Origin: Anaeramoeba ignava BMAN
Taxonomy: Eukaryota; Protista; Anaeramoebae
DNA: 64,000 nucleotides
Assembly (NCBI GenBank): GCA_028826165.1
Contig: JAPDFW010000044.1
Span: forward strand, 594,618 to 658,617
Direction of reading: 5' to 3'
Each line of letters opens with the position of its first letter. The first letter of the stretch is position 1. The translations under genes were made by a program, and so were the position numbers. The notes below the pieces were generated by a model. It did no database searches and was not told where the DNA came from. It was given only the letters and a program-made list of their open reading frames with translations. Of the stretch, positions 55,001 through 64,000 are shown in pieces.

Positions 55001-55309
55001 CTTCAATTAAGAGAAAAAGGCAAAAATTCTCCTCAAGATTCTATTGAAACAAGTGAAAAAGATCAATCCATTATTTTCGACATGAATATTGCAAACCAAC
55101 TTATTGAAAAACTTCGTAAATCCCTTGAAAGATCCCAATCAAAATTGAAGAAAGTTGAACAAGAAAAAGAACAAGTTGATCGTGAACTTCAAATTTCTCA
55201 AATTGAATTGAAACGTTTGGAAGAAATGAAGATCAAAACACAAAAATTGCATCAACAGAATCAACTTCTTGTTATTGAATTGGAAAGATTGGATTCTTTA
55301 ATGTTTTAG
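52020..55309 (+). CDS. Tandem calponin-homology (actin-binding) + long coiled-coil protein (alpha-actinin/cortexillin/interaptin-like); first exon unresolved
   Basis: Spliced AFQIWVQTNL...GFEDGACLINLLQNLSG...KLSNVKIALQF...ISPNDII...ILLMVWEI (CH1); ILLPWCQ...DLTDGLLDGKIFCAIIAFHKPDLI...LRIPFIMDIEDL...IDKKVTLVFLADLY (CH2); then a ~760-aa E/K/Q heptad exon. Confidence 0.8.
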
Positions 55310-55369
55310 AAAAGCAAAATTTTTTTTTTTTTTTTTCAAATGAAGAACCAAATTAAATTCATTTTATAA

Positions 55370-56335
55370 TTTACAATTTACAATTTGAATCGAAATTTAA
55401 TAAAAATCTGTTCCACTTTTTTTTTAAACAAAATTTATTTTAAAATTTGATTTAAAATTTAATTTAAAAATTAATTACAATTTGAATCGAAATTTAATAA
55501 AAATCTATCCAAAATTAATTTAAAATTTAATTACAATTTGAATCGAAATTTAATAAAAATCTATTCAAAATTGATTTAAAATTTAATTACAATTTGATTT
55601 AAAATCTAATTTAAAATTAATTTAAAATTAATTTAAAATTTAATTACAATTTGAATCGAAATTTAATAAAAATCTATTCCACTTTTTTTTAAACAAAATT
55701 TATTTTAAAATTTAATTTAAAATTTAATTAAAATCTAATTACAATTTGAATCGAAATTTAATAAAAATCTATTCCACTTTTTTTTAAACAAAATTTATTT
55801 TAAAATTTAATTTAAAATTTAATTAAAATCTAATTACAATTTGAATCGAAATTTAATAAAAATCTATTCAAAATTAATTTAAAATTTAATTTAAAATTTA
55901 ATAAAAATCTATTCCACTTTTTTTTTAAACAAAAATTAATTTAAAATTTGATTTAAATCTAATTACAAATTTAATTACAATTTGAATCGAAATTTAATTT
56001 AAAATCTATTCCACTTTTTTTTTAAACAAAATCTAATTTAAAAATTTGGTTTAAAATTTAATTACAATTTGAATCGAAATTTAATAAAAATCTATTCCAC
56101 TTTTTTTAAACAAAATTTAATTTAAAATTTGATTTAAAATTTATTACAAAATTAATTACAATTTGAATCGAAATTTAATAAAAATCTGTTCCACTTTTTT
56201 TTTAAACAAAATTTATTTTAAAATCTAATTAAAAATTTAATTTAAAATTTGAATCGAAATTTAATAAAAATCTATTCAAAATTAATTTAAAATCTAATTT
56301 AAAATCTAATAAAAATCTATTCCACTTTTTTTTCT
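55370..56335. repeat. Imperfect tandem array of a ~45-90-bp 3'-flank cassette (ACAATTTGAATCGAAATTTAATAAAAATCTATTCCACTTTTTTT)
   Basis: TTTGAATCGAAATTTAAT recurs about ten times downstream of the CH-protein stop codon. Confidence 0.8.
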
Positions 56336-56469
56336 CCTTTTTTTTTTCTCCTTTTTCTTCTTTAAATTAAAATTTATTAAAAGATTTAAAGCAAACCAAA
56401 CAAAAAATTTTTTTATTTTTCATTTTTCTAATTGATTTTGTTTATTAAAAAAGAAAAAAAGAAAAAAAA

Positions 56470-56628
56470 AGGTGTCCCAAACAAAATAAACAAAATAAAA
56501 CTTGAGATGATAAAAAAAAGAAAAAGAAATTGATTTTAAATTCTTTTTCAGATTTGATCGTCTTATCCAAATATCACATTGTATTATCTGTTGAAGATAC
56601 AATCCGATTCGTTTGCATTTGGATACTT
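56470..56628 (-). ncRNA. Candidate box H/ACA snoRNA
   Basis: On the minus strand: a hairpin with a 9-bp lower stem (TATCCAAAT/ATTTGGATA), an internal pocket and a 7-bp upper stem (ATTGTAT/ATACAAT). Box H AGACGA (56563-56558) lies 14 nt from the upper stem. A weaker second hairpin follows, then ACA (56475-56473), 3 nt and a T-run. Confidence 0.5.
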
Positions 56629-56995
56629 AATTAATAGTATTCAATTTAATTTTAAAAAAAAAAACAAAAGCAAAAACAAAAACAATAACAAAAGCCGAAC
56701 AAAAACAAATTCTTTTTTCTTTATTCTCTTCTTTTTTTTTCTTTTTCTTTTTAATAAACAAAATAAAATTAGATCAAAAAATCTTATTAATTTGTTTTGA
56801 AAATGTTTATTTTTAGTTTATAATTAATTTATAATCCCCTTTTTCTTTTTTTTTTTTTTACTTTTTTTTATAATTAACTCAAAAAATTGATCAAGATTCT
56901 CTTTTTCTCTTTTTTTGATTTCATTTCAATTTTCATTTTTCATTTCAATTTTCATTTTTCATTTTTTTTCTTCTTTTCAAAAAATTAAAATTAAA

Positions 56996-58929
56996 ATGAA
57001 TAAAATTGAAGATTTATTAAAAAATTATTCCAACTTAAATTACAAACAATCTCGAGATATTTATCCATCACATCAAAAATCAAACAAAAATAATGAAACA
57101 ACAGAAGCAACAGAATCAGAAAATTTACCTAAAAATAGATATTCAGATGTTTTACCAAATAATAAATTTCGAGTTCATTTAAAAAATTCTGTTAATGATT
57201 ATATTAATGCCAGTTTTATATTTGATAATGAAAACACTGACATTGATAACCCAAAATATATTGCTTGTCAATGTCCATTATTAAGAACTCAAAATGATTT
57301 TTGGCAAATGATTCTAGAACAAAATGCTTTTGTTATTGTTTCTTTAACTGATGCTCAACGTATTTCTCATCGAAATATTCGAACTAAATGTGAAAAATTT
57401 TGGCCAAAGAAAAATTCTCCTTTAAAACTTAATAATATAATAATCGAACATGTAAAAAATCAAAATTTTAAAATTAAAAAAAAAAATTAAAATTAAAATT
57501 AAAATTAAAACTTAATAAAATATAAGGTTTAAAATTAAAATCAAAATTAAAATTAAAAATTAAAATTAAAATTAAAATAAAATTAAAATTAAAATTAAAA
57601 TTAAAATTAAAATTAAAATTAAAATTAAAATTAAAATTAAAATTAAAATTAAAATTAAAATTTAAAATTAAAATTAAAATTAAAATTAAAATTAAAATTA
57701 AAAAAATCCAAATAAAATTAAAATCAAAATTAAAAATCAAAATCAAAATCAAAATTAAAATCAAAATTAAAATCAAAATCAAAATCAAAATTAAAATTAA
57801 AATTAAAAAAAAATCAAAATTAAAATCAAAATCAAAATTCAAAATTAAAATTAAAAATTAAAATTAAAATAAAAAAAATTAAAAAAAATTAAAAAAATTA
57901 AAAAAATGAAAATTGTAAAATTAAAAATTAAAAGAAAATTAAAAACTAAAATTAAATAAAAAAAAAACAAATTAAAAATAATATCAAAATAAAATCAAAA
58001 TTAAAATCTTGGAAAATCAAAGATTTTCAAAAGTTCCAAAATCAAAACAAAACAGAAAATTAAAATCCAAATTAAAATTTTGTAAATGAAAATTGAAAAG
58101 GTTCAATAGTAGTTCATTAAAATCCAAATTAAAATTAAAATTAAATTTAATATTTTAAAATTAAAATTAAAATTAAAATTAAAATTAAAATCAAAATCAA
58201 AATTAAAATTTAAAATCAAAATATAAAGAAAGAAACAAGAATAATATCACATATTATATTTATTAATATTTTTTAATTTTAATTTTTTAAATTAAAATTT
58301 ATTAATATTTTATTAATATTTGATAATTAATATTTAATATTTTATTAATATTTAATTATTTAATTAATATTTTATTAATATTTTAATAATATTTGAAATT
58401 AATATTTTTATTAATATTTTATTAATATTTGATTAATATTTTATTAATATTTAATTAATATTTTATTAATATTTTGATTTATTTTATTTATATTTTTTAT
58501 ATTTGATTTATATTTTTTTTATATTTGATTAATATTTTTAATTAATATTTGATTTATATTTGATTTATATTTAATTAATATTTGATTAATATTTTATTTA
58601 TATTTTATTTATATTTTATTAATATTTGATTAATATTTAATTAATATTTGATTAATATTTGATTAATATTTTATTTATATTTTAAAAAGGCTGGAATTGG
58701 AAGAACTGGTGTTTTTATTTTAGTTGATTTAATTTTAAAAAGACTTAAAAATGCAATTATTCAACAAAAAGAAAAAGGAATTGAAATTCCAAAACAAATT
58801 TTAGACATTCCAGAAACATTAATTGAACTTAGGAAATATAGATATGGCTTAGTTCAAACAGTTCCACAATTTCAATTTGCTATTCATATGATTGGAAAAG
58901 TTGGATTAGAAATGTTAAAAAAAATCTAA
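56996..58929 (+). pseudogene. Classical protein tyrosine phosphatase, copy 1; middle exon only present as shreds (pseudogene or mis-assembly)
   Basis: Exon 1 has KNRYSDVLP, DYINAS, YIACQCPL, DFWQMI, KCEKFWP. The last exon has AGIGRTG...LRKYRYGLVQTVPQFQF. The WPD/HC exon is not intact in 57452-58689. Confidence 0.7.
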
Positions 58930-59105
58930 AAAATAAAATAAAATTTTTTTTGTTCCACTTTTTTTAATTTGATTTCTTTTTTTCTTTTATTCAATTCAAA
59001 TTAAATCAATTCAAAAATAAACAATATTTTCACTTCTTCAATTTAATTTTCATTTCAATTTTCATTTTTCATTTTTTTTCTTCTTTTCAAAAAATTAAAA
59101 TTAAA

Positions 59106-61165
59106 ATGAATAAAATTGAAGATTTATTAAAAAATTATTCCAACTTAAATTACAAAAATCTCAAGATATTTATCCATCATATCAAAAATCAAACAAAAAT
59201 AATGAAACAACAGAAGCAGAAAAACCAGAAAATATGCTTAAAAATAGACATTCAGATGTTTTACCAAATAATAAATTTCGAGTTCATTTAAAAAATTCTG
59301 TTAATGATTATATCAATGCCAGTTTTATATTTGATAATGAAAACACTGACATTGATAACCCAAAATATATTGCTTGTCAATGTCCATTATTAAGAACTCA
59401 AAATGATTTTTGGCAAATGATTTTAGAACAAAATGTTTTTGTTATTGTTTCTTTAACTGATGCTGAACATCTTTCTACTGATGAAAATAATAGACATAAA
59501 TGTGGAAAATTTTGGCCAAAGAAAAATTCTCTTTTAAAATTTAATAATATAATAATCGAAAAGGTTTAAAATCCAAATCAAAATCCAAATTAAAATTAAA
59601 ATCCAAATTAAAATTAAAATTAAAATTAAAATTAAAATCAAAATCAAAATTAAAATTAAAATTAAAATTAAAATTAAAATTAAAATTAAAATTAAAATTA
59701 AAATTAAAATCAAAATTAAAATCCAAATTAAAATCCAAATTAAAATCAAAATCAAAATTAAAATCAAAATAAAAATTAAAATAAAAATCAAAATCAAAAT
59801 TAAAAATCAAAATATAAAGAGATCAAAAGATTTTCATGAAAATTGTAAGAATTTAGTTATCAGAAAACTAGAAATTAAATATGAAAAAGAAACAAGAATA
59901 ATATCACATATTCAATATCTTGGATGGCCAGATTTTGGAGTTCCAGAAACAACAGAAGAATTTGAATTATTAAGAAATTTTGTAAATGAAAATTGTGAAA
60001 AAGTTCCAATAGTAGTTCATTGTTGTGTATGTTATATTTAATATTTTATTAATATTTAATATTTTATTAATATTTTATTTATATTTAATTAATATTTTAT
60101 TAATATTTTATTAATATTTTATATTTGATTTATATTTGATTTATATTTAATTAATATTTTATTAATATTTTATTAATATTTTATTAATATTTTATTAATA
60201 TTTAATTAATATTTGATTAATATTTAATTTATATTTTATTAATATTTTATTAATATTTGATTTATATTTGATTAATATTTTATTAATATTTGATTTATAT
60301 TTTATTAATATTTGATTTATATTTGATTAATATTTTATTAATATTTTATTAATATTTGATTTATATTTGATTTATATTTGATTTATATTTGATTTATATT
60401 TAATTAATATTTTATTAATATTTTGATTTATATTTGATTTATATTTGATTTATATTTTATTATATTTAATTTTATTAATATTTGATTAATATTTTAATTT
60501 ATATTTTATATTTGATTAATATTTGATTAATATTTAATTAATATTTGATTAATATTTAATTAATATTTAATTAATATTTGATTAATATTTGATTAATATT
60601 TTATTAATATTTTATTAATATTTGATTAATATTTTATTAATATTTTATTAATATTTTATTTATATTTGATTAATATTTAATTAATATTTGATTAATATTT
60701 TAATTAATATTTAATTAATATTTTATTAATATTTTATTAATATTTAATTAATATTTGATTAATATTTAATTTATATTTTATTTATATTTGATTAATATTT
60801 GATTAATATTTGATTAATATTTAATTAATATTTAATTAATATTTGATTAATATTTTATTAATATTTGATTAATATTTTATTTATATTTGATTAATATTTA
60901 ATTAATATTTTATTTATATTTTAAAAAGGCTGGAGTTGGAAGAACTGGTGTTTTTATTTTAGTTGATTTAATTTTAAAAAGACTTAAAAATGCAATTATT
61001 CAACAAAAAGAAAAAGGAATTGAAATTCCAAAACAAATTTTAGACATTCCAGAAACATTAATTGAAATTTGGAAATATAAATATGTGCTTCAATCAATTC
61101 CACAATTTCAATTTGCTATTCATACGATTGGAAAAGTTGGATTAGAAATGTTAAAAAAAATCTAA
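59106..61165 (+). CDS. Classical protein tyrosine phosphatase, copy 2 (3 exons)
   Basis: KNRHSDVLP, DYINAS, DFWQMI, HIQYLGWPDFGVP, PIVVHCC|AGVGRTG. 1-nt frameshift near 59155. Confidence 0.85.
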
Positions 61166-61302
61166 AAAATAAAAAAATAAAATTTTTTTTGTTCCACTTT
61201 TTTTAATTTGATTTTTTTTTTATTCAATTCAAATTAAATCAATTCAAAAATAAAAAAACAAAAAGCAAAAAACAAAAGCAAAAAACAAAAAGAAAAAGAA
61301 AA

Positions 61303-61715
61303 ATTGAATTGAATTGAATTGATTTAAAATGAAATTGAATTGAATTAAAATGAATTGAATTAAAATGAAATGAATTAAATTGAAATTGAATTGAAATTGA
61401 ATTGAAATTGAATTGAATTGAAATTGAAATTGAATTAAATGAATTGAAATTGAATTGAATTAAATTGAATTGAATTGAATTAAAATGAATTGAAATTGAA
61501 TTAAATTGAATTGATTTGAATTGAATTAAAATGAATTGAATTGAATTGAATTGAAATTGAATTGAAATTGAATTAAATTGAATTGGATTGAATTGAATTG
61601 ATTTAAAATGAAATTGAATTGAATTGAATTGAATTGAAATTGAATTGAAATTAAATTAAATGAATTGAAATTGAATTGAAATTGAATTGAAATTGAATTG
61701 AATTGAATTGGAAAT
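61303..61715. repeat. (TTGAA/TTGAAA)n microsatellite between convergent PTP and LIM genes
   Basis: Directly visible. Confidence 0.85.
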
Positions 61716-61731
61716 TTGAAAATTAACTTTT

Positions 61732-63317
61732 TCAAACATATTTTTTCTTTCCTGTTCTTGGATCAACAACAAATCCTCTTCTTCTTATTGTTGTAACAAC
61801 AATTTCTTTTGGTTCTTGAGGAATACAACTTGGACAATAAGGTTTTCCATTTTTTTCAATATATGCACCATCAGAAAAAGTTGAATGACATCTTAAAATA
61901 CAAATTTTAATTTTGATTTTAAATTTAAATTTAAATTTTAATTTTAATTTTGATTTTAATTTTAATTTTAATTTTGAATTTTAATTTTAAATTAAATTTT
62001 GATTTTAATTTTAATTTTAATTTAAATTTTAATTTTAATTTTGATTTTAATTTTGATTTTAATTTTAATTTTAATTTTAAATTTAATTTTAATTTTGATT
62101 TTAATTTTAATTTTAAATTTTGATTTTAATTTTAATTTTGATTTTAAATTTAATTTTAATTTTAATTTTGATTTTGATTTTAATTTTAATTATAATTTTA
62201 TAAATGAATTTTAATTTTAAATTTTAAATCTACTTTGTGCATCTAAAACAAGAAGGATGCCAATCAGAACCCATTGCTTGAATTACTTTTCCAACAATTT
62301 CTTTTCCACATCCTGTACAAAATTTTCCAAATTTTTTTGAATGACAATTTGGATGATAAGGAAATCCATCAACCATTTGAAATTGTGATTCTGAAAAAGG
62401 AAGACCACAACTATTACCAAATTCAATACAAAAACAATTTCAATTAATTTTTATTTTGATTTTTATCTTAATTTTAATTTTGATTTTGATTTTAATTTTA
62501 ATTTTAATTTTAATTTTAATTTTAATTTTAATTTTAATTTTAATTTTAATTTGGATTTTAATTTTAATTTTAATTTTAAATTTTAATTTTAATTTTAATT
62601 TTAATTTTGATTTTAATTTTGATTTTAATTTTTATTTTAGTTTTAATTTTTATTTTAATTTTAATTTTAATTTTTATTTTAATTTTTAATCCGATTTTTA
62701 TTTTAATTTTGATTTTAATTTTAATTTTGATTTTAATTTTTAATTTTTATCCGATTTTTATTTTTATTTTAATTTTAATCTAAATTTTTATCCGATTTTT
62801 ATTTTAATTTTAATTTTAATTTTGATTTTGATTTTAATTTTGATTTTAATTTTAATTTTTATTTTAATTTTTATTTTAATTTTAATTTTAATTAATTTTA
62901 ATTTTAATTTTAATTTTAATTATGATTTTAATTTTAATTTTGATTTTGATTTTAATTTTAATTTTATCTTAATTTTTATTTTAATTTTTATTTTAATTTT
63001 ATAAATGAATTTAAATAAGAATTTACGCTTTGCAAACAAAACATTTTCTATGAAACATAACATCCAAAGCAATTACAGCATCATTTGTAATAATTTTACC
63101 ACAAGCAGCACATATTTCTTTTCCTTTTTGTTGATTTTTAATAAATTCATCACGATCTCGAATTTGTTGTTCTCTTTTTTGTTGTATTTTTTCTATTTGT
63201 ACTTTTTTATCCTCTTTAATTTGTGATGCACATTTTGTACAAAGAAGTCTTCCTCCTTTTTCAATATAATTTCGATCAGGATTTAATTTCAGTCCACAAT
63301 GTCCACAAGTAAAACAT
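61732..63317 (-). CDS. Multi-LIM-domain zinc-finger protein (paxillin/Lim-like); 5' part lies beyond the window
   Basis: Spliced CFTCGHC...LCTKC; CAACGK...FHRKCFVCKACG...YHPNCH; CTGCGKEI...WHPSCFRCTKCH...PYCPSC; ends GFVVDPRTGKKKYV*. 63318-64000 is a repeat-filled intron. Confidence 0.88.
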
Positions 63318-64000
63318 CTTTTTTTATTTATATAATTATTTGTAAAATTATTTATATAATTATTTGTAAAATTATTTATATAATTATTTAAGTAAATTTA
63401 TAAGTAAATTTATAAATAAATTTGTAAATAAATTTTATAAATAAATTTTTAAATAAATTTTATAAATAAATTTTTATATAAATTTATAAATAAATTTTTA
63501 AATAAATTTCTAAATAAATTTTGTAAATAAATTTATAAATAATTTTATAAATAATTTTGTAAATAATTTTATAAATAAATTTATAAATAATTTTTGTAAA
63601 TAATTTTTAAATTTTATAAATTTATAAATAAATTTTTAAATAAATTTGTAAATAAATTTATAAATAAATTTTTAAATAAATTTTTAAATAAATTTTTAAA
63701 TAATTTCTATAAATAAATTTATAAATAATTTGTAAATAAATTTTATAAATAAATTTCTAAATAATTTTTATAAATAATTTTATAAATAATTTTTTGTAAA
63801 TAAATTTTGTAAATAAATTTTAAATAATTTTTATAAATAATTTTATAAATAATTTTATAAATAAATTTATAAATAAATTTGTAAATAAATTTATAAATAA
63901 ATTTGTAAATAAATTTATAAATAATTTTTTAAATAATTTTATAAATAAATTTTATAAATAATTTTGTAAATAAATTTTATAAATAAATTTATAAATAAAT

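Noticed and set aside
174-63004. Numerous dipeptide ORFs in the track (ILIL, KIKI, FNFN, YKYK, FDFD)
   Set aside because: They are translations of intronic or intergenic hexamer microsatellites, or alternative frames of QN/EN coding repeats.
1-64000. Inteins, transposons, CRISPR arrays, tRNA/rRNA genes
   Set aside because: I saw no Hint-domain (C...HN-C/S/T) insertions in the conserved proteins, no transposase or RT motifs or TIRs, no unique spacers in the arrays, and no recognisable tRNA or rRNA.
1-64000. Alternative genetic code (stop codon reassignment)
   Set aside because: TAA, TAG and TGA all terminate conserved proteins at expected positions. Apparent in-frame stops (e.g. DDX19 TA|GT at 33313-33316) are explained by introns.

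Overview
Extremely AT-rich, gene-dense eukaryotic (protist) DNA. It has GT-AG spliceosomal introns, many inflated by simple repeats, N/Q/E-rich low-complexity coding repeats, and a standard genetic code. The style suggests an anaerobic amoeboid metamonad such as Anaeramoeba, but this is inference only. About 19 protein genes can be reconstructed: macro-domain protein, LisH-RasGEF, presenilin, an NPU-like membrane protein, a BEACH/neurobeachin protein, NAA50, a DENN protein, an SDR, a Net1-N-like protein, a micro-exon Cys-rich protein, three tandem DDX19/Dbp5 helicases, a single ORF that appears to fuse a Nup88/Nup82 beta-propeller to a Gle1 C-terminal domain, SF3A1, a tandem-CH coiled-coil protein, two tandem PTPs and a partial LIM protein. 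The top finding is the Nup88/82-Gle1 fusion lying tail-to-tail with a triplicated, repeat-extended Dbp5, a possible mRNA-export module. Also notable are a candidate H/ACA snoRNA, a 3-nt micro-exon, a ~147-bp tandem array in a bidirectional promoter, and a recurring TTTCATTTT initiator-like motif. Several 1-nt frameshifts in homopolymers and some garbled repeat zones look like long-read assembly errors. All family calls come from motif recognition by eye, not database searches.
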